From positions 1 to 44,879 of the IMG/VR virus record IMGVR_UViG_3300042879_003901: 44,879 nucleotides of DNA; one strand, 5' to 3'. Below the pieces are notes generated by a model, which ran no database searches, had not been told where the DNA came from, and was given only the letters and a program-made list of their open reading frames with translations. The position numbers and the translations under genes were made by a program. The DNA comes from a virus. Taxonomy: Duplodnaviria > Caudoviricetes. Positions 9,569 through 18,322 of this stretch are shown here, in pieces; position 1 is the stretch's first letter; each line of letters begins with the position of its first letter.

Positions 9569-9665
9569 CCCCAGCCGCATGCGGGCCCACCAGGGCGCTG
9601 CATGCGAGTGTGGTCAACCCACCCGCGCCGGGCGGTCCCCGGAGTGCCAACTCAGGAGCAACACC

Positions 9666-10757
9666 ATGGCACAGACTGAACTCTCCCTCCACCGTCAATG
9701 GGCCTCGCGCCCCGCCGATGAGCGCTTCGTCTCCCTGCACGAGATGCAGGCCAAGCTGCACGCCCGTCGTGCGATCTCCCGCGCTGCCGTGACGTCCTCC
9801 CGGTCGCTGCGCGTCGAGCCCACGGCTGACAACAGGGGCCTGCAGGTCCTGTCCAAGGCCGGTGTGCCCTACGCCCCCACGCACTGGGCCTTCGGCCAGC
9901 TCGCCAGCCTCGTCGGCGCCCCTGCCGGCTACCTGCGCTCCCTGCCTGCCCCCGTGGCGGCCGACTGCGTCAACTACGGCCTGCAGGTCGAGCGCGACGC
10001 CCAGGACATCGGCGTGCTGATCACGGGCGGCGGGGAGAACACCCTGCGGGCTGCCACGGGCCCCCAGTACGGGCGCATCTGGAACAGCGACATCGTCGAC
10101 ACCCTGGTTGACCGGTTCGGTGACGGTGTCAACGGGCAGTGGCGCGTCCCTGGCGAATGGGGCCGCCGCGTGGTCGTCAACCGCGACAACACCACGCTGT
10201 ACGCTGGCGACCGCGACCTCTTCATCTTCCTGGCCGACGAGGAGAACCGCCTGCCGGTGGCCACGCGTCAGGGCGGTGACCCGGGCACGCTGGCCCGGGG
10301 CTTCCTCATCAGCAACAGCGAGGAGGGCTCCGCCACGCTGCAGTTCCGGGCTTTCCTGTTCGACTACGTGTGCGGCAACCGGATCATCTGGGGCGCCCAG
10401 GAGGTGGCGAACGTCAAGATTCGCCACACCGCATCCGCCCCGGACCGCTACCTCGAAGAGGTGGTGCCCCTGGTCCAGGCCTACGCTCAGTCGAGCGCCA
10501 CTGGCATCGTTGACCGGGTGCAGATCGCCCAGCAGACGAAGGTCGACAAGCTCGACGAGTTCCTGGCCTCCCGCTTTGGCCCGCGCGTGGCGCAGCGCAT
10601 CGTCGCCGCCCACGAGACCGACGAACAGCGCCCGATGGAGACGGTGTGGGACGTCGTCACCGGTGTGACCGCCTACGCCCGGGGCATCCCGTTCCAGGGC
10701 GACCGGGTGGACATCGAAGCCCAGGCCGGCAAGATCCTGGACCTCGTCGAGGCCTGA
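9666..10757 (+). CDS. DUF932/DUF945-like phage protein
   Basis: PTHWAFGQLASLVGAPAGYLR, YGRIWN and GFLISNSEEG...FDYVCGNRIIWG motifs; AGGAG RBS. Confidence 0.75.
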   Translation: MAQTELSLHRQWASRPADERFVSLHEMQAKLHARRAISRAAVTSSRSLRVEPTADNRGLQVLSKAGVPYAPTHWAFGQLASLVGAPAGYLRSLPAPVAADCVNYGLQVERDAQDIGVLITGGGENTLRAATGPQYGRIWNSDIVDTLVDRFGDGVNGQWRVPGEWGRRVVVNRDNTTLYAGDRDLFIFLADEENRLPVATRQGGDPGTLARGFLISNSEEGSATLQFRAFLFDYVCGNRIIWGAQEVANVKIRHTASAPDRYLEEVVPLVQAYAQSSATGIVDRVQIAQQTKVDKLDEFLASRFGPRVAQRIVAAHETDEQRPMETVWDVVTGVTAYARGIPFQGDRVDIEAQAGKILDLVEA

Positions 10758-10833
10758 CGCTAGCCGGTTGGCCCCGCTGGGGGCCTTCCGAGTGGCGCCA
10801 TCCCGGCACCGCATCACCGAAAGGACCTGACCC

Positions 10834-11175
10834 ATGCACGACCTCAACACCATCCGCCGCCTGAACGCCGAGGCCCACGCGGAAAGCATCAACACCGCAC
10901 GCGCCGCCGGCAAGCACGTCGTGGCCGAGTTTGCCGGCCTGCACCTGATGACCACCTACGCGTTCGACGACGTGGCCGACGCCCTGGCTGCCCTCAAGGC
11001 CCCGGCTGAAGCCGGCGACTCCCGCGCGTACTTCCCGCCCGTGCCGGCGCACCACGCTGCCCGCCGCGACCAGTCCGAAGACCGTGGCCAGCCGTTCACG
11101 CTCGACCAGCTCGCCGCCCTGGGCCGTCGCAGTGTGGGCGACCCCGAGGCTGACTTCGCTGCCGTGGCGGCCTGA
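10834..11175 (+). CDS. Hypothetical early protein sharing a 20-aa C-terminal motif with 8322-8795
   Basis: AAGGA RBS; RDQSEDRGQPFTLDQLAALG motif. Confidence 0.7.
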   Translation: MHDLNTIRRLNAEAHAESINTARAAGKHVVAEFAGLHLMTTYAFDDVADALAALKAPAEAGDSRAYFPPVPAHHAARRDQSEDRGQPFTLDQLAALGRRSVGDPEADFAAVAA

Positions 11176-11182
11176 GGCAGCC

Positions 11183-11581
11183 ATGCGTCGTGTTGACCAT
11201 CTGCACGACCTGCCGGGCGGCGATGACGTCGCGCGGCAGCTCGGCCCGGACCCGGTCGTCGACGGCGCGGTGTCCTGGCAGGACAAGGGCATCCTGCGCA
11301 TCCGGGTCTGGGGTTCGGCCTGCCGCTGGACCAGCCGCAACGCTGCGCTGGCCGGGCTGCCTGCCTCAGCCGTTGTGTGGGAGAAGGGCGTCAAGCGGGC
11401 GCAGAAGGGGGCCCCTGAGGGCCGCACCCAGGCCGCCCTGCGGCTGCTCGAACGTGACCCGAACCTGACCCCGTTCGCTGCCGCCAAGCAGGCCGGGGTT
11501 CACGTCAGCGCCGTGTACCGCGCGCTGCAGCGGGCCTCCCGGCCCGTGTGTGAGTGCTGCGGCCAGCGGCTGCCAGCCTGA
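11183..11581 (+). CDS. Putative DNA-binding protein (C-terminal HTH and CxxC)
   Basis: TPFAAAKQAGVHVSAVYRAL is HTH-like; ends CECCGQRL. Confidence 0.6.
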   Translation: MRRVDHLHDLPGGDDVARQLGPDPVVDGAVSWQDKGILRIRVWGSACRWTSRNAALAGLPASAVVWEKGVKRAQKGAPEGRTQAALRLLERDPNLTPFAAAKQAGVHVSAVYRALQRASRPVCECCGQRLPA

Positions 11582-11596
11582 CGCGACGCCCCGGGC

Positions 11597-11824
11597 TTAG
11601 ACCTCGTCGTCCAAGACCCGGGGCCACTTCGCGGCGACGTCACGCTGCCGCTGCCAGCGGTCACGGCACCACGCGTCGCACCAGCGGTTCTCCGCCGGCA
11701 GGACCTCCGCGCAAAACAGACACGTGCCTCGCGGCAGGGGGCCGGAGCTGCCCCTCCTGGCTGCAGCCAGGGCCATTTCGCGCTCGCCCTCCTCAAGTGT
11801 CTGGGCGTGATCCAGGATGTCCAT
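11597..11824 (-). CDS. TraR/DksA-like C4 zinc-finger protein
   Basis: N-terminal DxxDxA (MDILDHAQ) plus CLFC...CDAWC. Confidence 0.75.
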   Translation of the reverse strand: MDILDHAQTLEEGEREMALAAARRGSSGPLPRGTCLFCAEVLPAENRWCDAWCRDRWQRQRDVAAKWPRVLDDEV

Positions 11825-12380
11825 GGGGGCCGATTGTCACAAAAGGTCGGCAACCGTGCAGAAGTGCCGCAGAAACGGAACACGTCTTGGCGATCGCCGG
11901 AGGTGGCCCCTGGGGCACGATACGCGCGCCCTTCAGCACGTTTTCCCTACCGTCGACGATGGCGAGGTTGTCCTGTACGTGCAGCCCGCAGGCGTGCTCC
12001 GCTTTCAGCGGCACCCAGTGGTCGACGTGAACGTCCACCCCCACCCGCCGCAGCGCCGCGGCCAGCCGGTAGATGCGGCGCACCGCAGACGTGTTCAGCC
12101 AGCGGGGCCTGTGCAGCCTCTCACGCTGCCGACGCTGGGCATTGTCCGCTGCCTTGACGCCCGGGTTGCGGCGCTTCCAGTCGCGGTCCATCTCCCGCAC
12201 ACGCTCCGGGTTTGCCCGCTTCCAGCGGCGGGTCGCGTGCCGCTTGCTGTCTCCTGCCACCGCGTACCGCGTGCGGTCTCGATGGCGCTTGCAGCCCTTG
12301 CATGCGGATTGCAGCTTGCCGCCGCGCTTGTGAAACATCTCCGCCGGCAACTCCAGCCGGCAGTCGCAGCACCTCTTCAC
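11793..12380 (-). CDS. HNH endonuclease
   Basis: N-terminal CxxC...CxxC; HVDHWVPL...CGLHVQDNLAIV...EN motif. Confidence 0.85.
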   Translation of the reverse strand: MKRCCDCRLELPAEMFHKRGGKLQSACKGCKRHRDRTRYAVAGDSKRHATRRWKRANPERVREMDRDWKRRNPGVKAADNAQRRQRERLHRPRWLNTSAVRRIYRLAAALRRVGVDVHVDHWVPLKAEHACGLHVQDNLAIVDGRENVLKGARIVPQGPPPAIAKTCSVSAALLHGCRPFVTIGPHGHPGSRPDT

Positions 12381-13903
12381 GCAGCCATGGCCGCCCGAAG
12401 CAGCAGGTCCTGCACCGTCAGCTTGCCCGGCAGGACGTCGGTCCAGATGTCGTGCTCGCGGGTGCCCCGGGCCACCAGCACGTGAGCGAACACCGTGTCG
12501 GCCTGCGTGCCGTGCCTGTGCAGGCGGCCGTTGGTCTGGTCGTACAGCTCACGGTCCTCCGGCACGCTCGTCCAGACCAGGTGCTGCGAGATCCGCTGCA
12601 GCCCGTCGACCCCGTGCCCTGCCGAGGCAGGATGCACCGCCAGCAGCCGCAGCTTGCCGGCCTCGAATGCAGCTTTGGCGCCCGGCTCCCGGATGTCGGC
12701 CACGTGCTTGCCGAACCGGCCGCGCATGCGCCCCAGCTCGTGGATCCACTGGTACGCCACCAGGACCGGGCCGTCGATCTCCTGCACCAGCTCCTCGAGC
12801 CGGTCCAGCTTCACCGTGTCCAGGTCCACCGCCTCGCCGGTCTCGTCGTAGACAAACCCACTGGCGCACTGCCTCAGCTTCGCATGCTGGACAGCAGCGC
12901 TGCCGCAGGCGATCCCCCGCCACAGGGAGTCCTTCAGGAAGGCCCCTGCGGCCTCGCTGGCTGCGTCGGACGGGTCAACCCACACCGGAGCCTCCACCAG
13001 GGGCACCGCGAGGCTCCTGGGCACGCTGATAGCCACGCTGGCGCACTTCGCCCGGAATGCGTCGGCCAGTGGCGGGGCCACCTTCCAGCTGTAGACCTGC
13101 CCGGTCTGCCAGTTCCTGCTGTCCGGCACGCACCACGTGTCCCTGAAGTCGGTCAGCGTGCGGCCCAGCAGGCCGGGCTCGATCAGGTCGAGCTGCGCGA
13201 AGACCGCCTCCTGGTGGTTCGCCGCTGGCGTTGCCGTCAGCTCCAGCACGTGCTCGACCACGCCTATCCGATGCACCGCATGCCTCGCCGCCTTGCCCCG
13301 CTCGCTCTGCTGGTCCCGCAGGAAGCTGCTCTCGTCGAAGACGATGCCGTCGTACGGCCAGTTCTTGCCGTAGGCCTTGGCCAGCCAGGGGAACGCGTCC
13401 CAGGAGCACACGTGGATGCGCTCCCGCAGGGACAGCAGGTGCGACTTGGTCGCCCCCTTGTCTCGAAAATCCAGGGCTCCATTCCCAGACACGCTCGCGA
13501 CGCCTGTCGAGCCCGCACCCGATGCGACACCGCTCGCCCGACCAGGGCGGGCGGCGCCGTCCGTCAAGGTTGCAACTGAACGATCGGTTGCAACCTTGCG
13601 CCCCAGGTTCAGGTCCTCGAACCCGATGACCCTGACCTCGCTCGCCAGATGCTGCACGTGGCTCCACAACTGCCACTGCAGCGGCCAGCCTTGCTGGGCC
13701 ACCAGCTTGGGAGCCACGATCAGCACCCTCGACAGGACGCAGTCGTCCATCCGCTGGGCCAGCCACGTCGCAGTGATCGCAGTCTTTCCCGCTCCTGTCG
13801 GGGCCCACACCGCCCCTCTGCTCCTGGTCTGCAGCCAGTCCAGCACCAGCTTCTGGTCCGCCCGGGGTGTCCAGACCTTCGGCTGCTCGTGAAATCGAGT
13901 CAT
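12377..13903 (-). CDS. SNF2-like DNA helicase
   Basis: PTGAGKT, IVAPK, FDESS, LTATP, AGHG and QTNGRLHR motifs; ATGA overlap with the VRR-NUC gene. Confidence 0.88.
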   Translation of the reverse strand: MTRFHEQPKVWTPRADQKLVLDWLQTRSRGAVWAPTGAGKTAITATWLAQRMDDCVLSRVLIVAPKLVAQQGWPLQWQLWSHVQHLASEVRVIGFEDLNLGRKVATDRSVATLTDGAARPGRASGVASGAGSTGVASVSGNGALDFRDKGATKSHLLSLRERIHVCSWDAFPWLAKAYGKNWPYDGIVFDESSFLRDQQSERGKAARHAVHRIGVVEHVLELTATPAANHQEAVFAQLDLIEPGLLGRTLTDFRDTWCVPDSRNWQTGQVYSWKVAPPLADAFRAKCASVAISVPRSLAVPLVEAPVWVDPSDAASEAAGAFLKDSLWRGIACGSAAVQHAKLRQCASGFVYDETGEAVDLDTVKLDRLEELVQEIDGPVLVAYQWIHELGRMRGRFGKHVADIREPGAKAAFEAGKLRLLAVHPASAGHGVDGLQRISQHLVWTSVPEDRELYDQTNGRLHRHGTQADTVFAHVLVARGTREHDIWTDVLPGKLTVQDLLLRAAMAA

Positions 13904-14229
13904 CGCCCGGTAACCCTCGATTGATCGATCAGCCAGCCCGCCAGGACCTCGTCCACCCGCTGGGGTGTGTCGGCCCAGTCCGCAGGAAGCCCAAGTGCTG
14001 CCCATTCCTGCAGCCTGGCGGCCTGAAGCGGCCTGGGCCGCTCGCCCGGAGCCTTCAGCTCCATCAGCCCGGCCACGCACCTGCTGCCGCACGTCGGGCA
14101 GCTCGGCCTGGGGACCACCACCAGCCTGTCCGGGTCGCCCGCTCTTCCCGGGCTGACATGCTTGGCTGTCAATCCGCCTTGACTGCGCACGGCCCGGGCC
14201 AGGTGCTGCTCGACCGCCGCCTCACGCAT
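13900..14229 (-). CDS. VRR-NUC domain nuclease
   Basis: MREAAVE...SPGRAGDPDRLVV...MELKAPGERPRPLQ; adjacent to the SNF2 helicase. Confidence 0.88.
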   Translation of the reverse strand: MREAAVEQHLARAVRSQGGLTAKHVSPGRAGDPDRLVVVPRPSCPTCGSRCVAGLMELKAPGERPRPLQAARLQEWAALGLPADWADTPQRVDEVLAGWLIDQSRVTGR

Positions 14230-14239
14230 GCCCGGCGTT

Positions 14240-14450
14240 CCTGTTACGGCTGTTACGGGATTTCCTATTCTCCATTGTTCTACGCGTGTGTGTATTCATG
14301 TGTGTGTGTGCGACCCCTCTATGTGCATTGCCTATACGCGTATTACCCTTTATCTGTAACATCTGTAACAGAGAGAATAAGAACAAGGAAAAGAAGAAAG
14401 AAATCAACGACTTAGAGCTGTTACTGAAAGTTGTTACGGGTTCGTTACGC
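14240..14450. other. Candidate replication origin (AT-rich, GTTAC/GTAAC repeats)
   Basis: CTGTTACGG x2 (14241-14258), ATCTGTAAC x2 (14352-14369), further GTTAC at 14418-14449; an A-rich tract; non-coding gap downstream of the primase-helicase. Confidence 0.55.
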
Positions 14451-16856
14451 GTCACCGAACTCGCCCTCCATCTGTGACAGCAGCGCGTTCCTGACAGATT
14501 CCTCTGTCCGGCTGGCAGTGTTCGCGCGGACGTACACCCTGGAAGGGACGCCGCCGACGCGCATGATCTTGTAAAACTGGAACCTCCGGCGTTCCAGAAG
14601 CTTGGCCAAGCCCCTGCTTTTGACCCCCTCAATTCCGGCCGCTTCCAGCTTTGCGGCCACCCTGGATGTGGTGGTTTCGTCCTTGCCGACCAGGAAATCC
14701 TCGATGAAGACCTCGGCATCGGTCTTGCTCATCTCGATGACCTGGCGCTTGGCTTCAGTGCCGGGGGCCCGTCCGTCCGGGTCGAACTCGTGGTGCATCT
14801 GGATCTCCTGAAGGAGCCACCGACGCAGGCCCGGGACGCTCGTGCGGCAGATGTCGAACAGGCTGTCGAAGTAGCCCTCGGCCGCCAGGGCTTGGGCCTC
14901 GTCGCCTGTCAGGGCGCAATGGAGGAAGAAGAACCTCCGGTCGCCCTCGTTGATCGGCATCCCGTCCGGGTGGTTGGACAGCAGCAGGTAGTTGGTGAAG
15001 TTCGGGGCTCGGTAGCTGTCCTTGCCCTTGCGGTGGACGTCGATCGTGTTGTTGGCGATCGGTGCCTTGAGCTTCTCCTCGGTCTCGAACAGGTGCCCGG
15101 CCTGGTAGACCTCCTCGACGACCACCAGCGCGAAGCCGGTGGACCAGCCGTTGAAAGGGGACTGGATCGTGGACCCGGCCAGCACACGTGTGTTGGACTC
15201 GCCCATCACCATCCCCAGCAGCTCGCCGATGAAGGTCTTCCCGGTGCCCTGCGGCCCGTAGAGGTAGGGCGCCCACCTGATCTTGCGCCCGGGGTGCCTC
15301 ACGTTGTGCGCCATCCAGGACAGAAGGATCTCCCGCTCGCGCTTGTCGGGGAAGAGCCTCTCGAGGTGGGCCAGGACCATCCGGACGGCGGGCTCCCCAC
15401 CTGGGCCAGCCGAGGGCACGGTGTCCTCCCGGTACTCGTTCGCCCAGGTCACCCCGAGCATGTTGAAGACCTCGCCCTGGCCGGGCGCGTAGAGGGACTG
15501 CTTGACCTCCTGGATGCGCCAGACGTTGATCGCGTAGTCGGACGCGCTCTCTCGGTGGACCCCGTCCTGGGCCAGGGGCATCTGGTGGCTGTTGATCGCG
15601 TCGAACCCCCGGCCGGTGACCGTGGTCTTGCTGTCGAGGTTGAAGAACCGATCGCTGTCCGTGACGTAGACCCACCTGGACAGCCAGTCCGGTCCCGACG
15701 CTCCGGAGGAGCTAGGGGCCGCAACAGGCCGCAGCAGGCGGCGGACGTCCTCCCGCTTCTGGGGTGAGCCCAGGTCCTTGAACCTCTCCTGCACGGACAC
15801 AGTCAGCGCGCCGTTGCGGTCGGTGTCGTCGACGGTGTTGTCTTTTTGCAACACGTCCCGGATGTAGTCCTTGAGCGCCTCAACGTCCCCGCACTTCAGG
15901 ACGCCGGCCTTCAGCGTGTCGAGGTGCTGGACACGCTTGACGCGTTCGGCCGCCTCGCGCGCGGTTGACGTTTCATGCAGCAGCGAACCGAGTGTGACTC
16001 CACCTGGGCGGGTGGAGTCGAACGTGTCCCATCTCTGGTCGCACACACCCTCGACCCACTTGCCGCTGCCCTGGGACCACTCGTCCCACAGCGCCAGCCC
16101 GTCGCCGCTGCCCTGGAACTGGTGGTGCAGGGCCTGCCCGACCTTGATCCAGTCGGCGTAGCCTTCCGGGTCGAGGTGGGTGAGGACCTCGTCCTTGACC
16201 CGCTCGATCGTCCAGTCGTCGAGAGGCCCGCGGCGGCCGGCCCACGCGGCGAAGGCTGCGAACTCGTCGTCATCGTCTGGCGATGGCCCGGCGGACACTC
16301 GCTCGTCGAACTGCTCGCGGACGAACCGTGCGAGCTGCTCGGTCTGGTCCTGCTCGAGATCGCACCTCAGTGCGTGGCCGGTGATCGCGAAGTAGCGCCC
16401 GTGGCTGTACATCTCGACGCCCGAGTCGTGGTCGGCGCGCGAGCGGTCCAGCCGGCCCCTGATGAGGCCCTTGACACCGGACCCGGAGGGGCTGACCTCC
16501 CAGTAGCCGGCGATGCTGTCGACACAGCCCCGGGCCAGGCCGTCGAGGACACCGTCGAGCACGTGGTCGTCGAGGTCGATCCCGACGATCCCGTCGTCCC
16601 CCGTGATGATGAACCCCAGCCCGTCGTAGTCGCCCATCAGGTAGGCGTCAGCGGCCTCGTCGAATGTGGACCAGGTCGAGGGGTTGGTGGAGCTGGCGTT
16701 CCCGCTGCCGTTGGCGCGCTTGGGTTTCTTGCGCCACGTCCCGGCCTCAAGCTCGTAGCGCCAGCAGATCCACCTCGGGGTGCTGCGCAGTTCGGAGGGG
16801 ATGGTGTCAACCCGGATGGGGATGACCGCTGGTCTTGGAGGTGTGTTTTGTTGCAT
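14445..16856 (-). CDS. Primase-polymerase / PriCT-2 / SF3 helicase (DUF5906-like) fusion
   Basis: GIVGIDLDD and EVSPSGSG (prim-pol), YADWIKVGQALH...LWDEWS (PriCT-2), Walker A GPQGTGKT and VVVEE, LLLSNH. Confidence 0.88.
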   Translation of the reverse strand: MQQNTPPRPAVIPIRVDTIPSELRSTPRWICWRYELEAGTWRKKPKRANGSGNASSTNPSTWSTFDEAADAYLMGDYDGLGFIITGDDGIVGIDLDDHVLDGVLDGLARGCVDSIAGYWEVSPSGSGVKGLIRGRLDRSRADHDSGVEMYSHGRYFAITGHALRCDLEQDQTEQLARFVREQFDERVSAGPSPDDDDEFAAFAAWAGRRGPLDDWTIERVKDEVLTHLDPEGYADWIKVGQALHHQFQGSGDGLALWDEWSQGSGKWVEGVCDQRWDTFDSTRPGGVTLGSLLHETSTAREAAERVKRVQHLDTLKAGVLKCGDVEALKDYIRDVLQKDNTVDDTDRNGALTVSVQERFKDLGSPQKREDVRRLLRPVAAPSSSGASGPDWLSRWVYVTDSDRFFNLDSKTTVTGRGFDAINSHQMPLAQDGVHRESASDYAINVWRIQEVKQSLYAPGQGEVFNMLGVTWANEYREDTVPSAGPGGEPAVRMVLAHLERLFPDKREREILLSWMAHNVRHPGRKIRWAPYLYGPQGTGKTFIGELLGMVMGESNTRVLAGSTIQSPFNGWSTGFALVVVEEVYQAGHLFETEEKLKAPIANNTIDVHRKGKDSYRAPNFTNYLLLSNHPDGMPINEGDRRFFFLHCALTGDEAQALAAEGYFDSLFDICRTSVPGLRRWLLQEIQMHHEFDPDGRAPGTEAKRQVIEMSKTDAEVFIEDFLVGKDETTTSRVAAKLEAAGIEGVKSRGLAKLLERRRFQFYKIMRVGGVPSRVYVRANTASRTEESVRNALLSQMEGEFGDA

Positions 16857-16985
16857 GAGGTTGGCGTGGAGACAGCTGCGCCAGGTGAGGGGCCCCGAAG
16901 CGCCAACCCCTTCCCCGTCGTCTACGGAGTGGAGCCCCTCACCTGGCACAAGACGAACTGACGATGACTTGGGTTGGCTATTCTG

Positions 16986-17013
16986 ATTGTCGCCGGGACA
17001 GCCTGGCTGTCAA
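16986..17013 (-). promoter_or_regulatory. Sigma70-like promoter for the primase gene overlapped by a candidate operator
   Basis: Minus strand TTGACA-16 nt-GACAAT; GACAG-cctgg-CTGTC at 16997-17011 overlaps the -35. Confidence 0.5.
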
Positions 17014-17051
17014 ATTCGACGACGTCTATCAACCTGCGGCGGCCGATTGCC

Positions 17052-17285
17052 TCAGGCTATGCCCTTCTGTGCGATGAGCTGCTTGGCCGCGCGGACGACG
17101 GCCTCCAGCTCGAGCAGGTCCAGGCGGATCTCGCCAGGCTTGCTGTCGTCGTTGGTCTGACGCAGGACGATGAACGCGCCCCCGCCCTCGTCCTCGAGAC
17201 GGACGTAGGTGTTGCCCTCGCCGAAGACAGGGTTCTTGCCGGCCAGGTGGACGGACACTTCGAGTGTGGTTGTGGTGCAGGTCAT
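17052..17285 (-). CDS. Hypothetical protein
   Basis: 77 aa; coupled to the upstream gene by an ATGA overlap. Confidence 0.65.
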   Translation of the reverse strand: MTCTTTTLEVSVHLAGKNPVFGEGNTYVRLEDEGGGAFIVLRQTNDDSKPGEIRLDLLELEAVVRAAKQLIAQKGIA

Positions 17286-17533
17286 GATGCGTGCCGGAGC
17301 AGCTCAGGCCCGGCGGAGTAAAGGGTCCGAAGACCGTTGCGGGAGGATGGGTCGTGTGTGCGCTGGCTGGCAAGGACCTGTCGGTTGAGGAGGACCCGGA
17401 TCTTGAGTCGCAGACCTTCGGGGTCGCCTCCCCACTTCGCGGCCATGTCCTCGAGGGTCAGGCACTCGTCGGGGTTGCGGGCGAAGTACACCAGGACCGC
17501 CAGCGAGGTCGGGTTAAGCGCGGCCCCGCTCAT
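17282..17533 (-). CDS. Putative winged-helix DNA-binding protein
   Basis: VLVYFARNPDECLTLEDMAAKWG...YSAGP pattern; coupled ORF. Confidence 0.55.
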   Translation of the reverse strand: MSGAALNPTSLAVLVYFARNPDECLTLEDMAAKWGGDPEGLRLKIRVLLNRQVLASQRTHDPSSRNGLRTLYSAGPELLRHAS

Positions 17534-18024
17534 CGCATCCACTCCGGTCGCTTGGGCAACGGCGCCCAGCCGAGGTAGCCCGGCTCTTTTTCGTACCCAC
17601 CCATCTCAAAACCATCACGCACGGCCTTGGTGTTTTGCGATGTTGCGTAGACAGGCGGCTTTGCTGGAGGGTGTGGGTACTCAACCTCCTCCTCCGTCAG
17701 CCCTCGCCACTCGCGGCGGGGTGGGTGGGTGAACATGGGCGGGTTTTCAATCAACACATGGCGAACCGCAGGAAGGATCGAACTGAATTCACGGATCGCC
17801 TCAAAAAGCCTGTTTGAAAACTGCTCGGGCGTTTCAACAAAAGGCCATCGTTTTACCGGCTCCTGCTCCGGCTGCTCAACTTGTAAGGATTCCTTACCAG
17901 TTGCCTGTTCCGGCGCTTCTAGCGCAGTGCCCAAAGCTTCCATTGCCTCACATAAACGCTTCATTCCTTGCTGGTCTTGCCACGCCTCCAGCGCCTGCTG
18001 GGCGGCTTGCTTCAGGTCAGTCAT
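17530..18024 (-). CDS. Hypothetical protein, MTDL-family copy 3
   Basis: Starts MTDLKQAAQQALEAW; contains EQPEQEP and EWRGLTEEE; ends WAPLPKRP. Confidence 0.65.
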   Translation of the reverse strand: MTDLKQAAQQALEAWQDQQGMKRLCEAMEALGTALEAPEQATGKESLQVEQPEQEPVKRWPFVETPEQFSNRLFEAIREFSSILPAVRHVLIENPPMFTHPPRREWRGLTEEEVEYPHPPAKPPVYATSQNTKAVRDGFEMGGYEKEPGYLGWAPLPKRPEWMR

Positions 18025-18322
18025 CTTCGTCCTCCCGTTCAATCGGCACCTCGACCAGCGGCTTCCCGCAGTAGCAGCAGTGCGTCATGTGGTTGTCTGT
18101 TGGAGTGCCGTCCTCCAGCACGAAGTAGCGCCGATTGCAACTCGCCATGTAGGTGCCAGAGTCCTCGTCGCCGTCTTGCAGCCAGCGGCATTCGGTGGGC
18201 TGCGCCAGCGCGGCCTTGAGGGCGGCTACCCGCATGTCAAACCAGTCTGATGTGTTCATGTGGTTTTGAACTTCTTCCAACGCCTCCAGCGCCTGACGCG
18301 CAGCGTCTCTCAAGTCAGTCAT
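18017..18322 (-). CDS. Hypothetical protein, MTDL-family copy 2, C-terminal Zn ribbon
   Basis: Starts MTDLRDAARQALEAL; CCYCGKPL near the end. Confidence 0.7.
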   Translation of the reverse strand: MTDLRDAARQALEALEEVQNHMNTSDWFDMRVAALKAALAQPTECRWLQDGDEDSGTYMASCNRRYFVLEDGTPTDNHMTHCCYCGKPLVEVPIEREDEDD

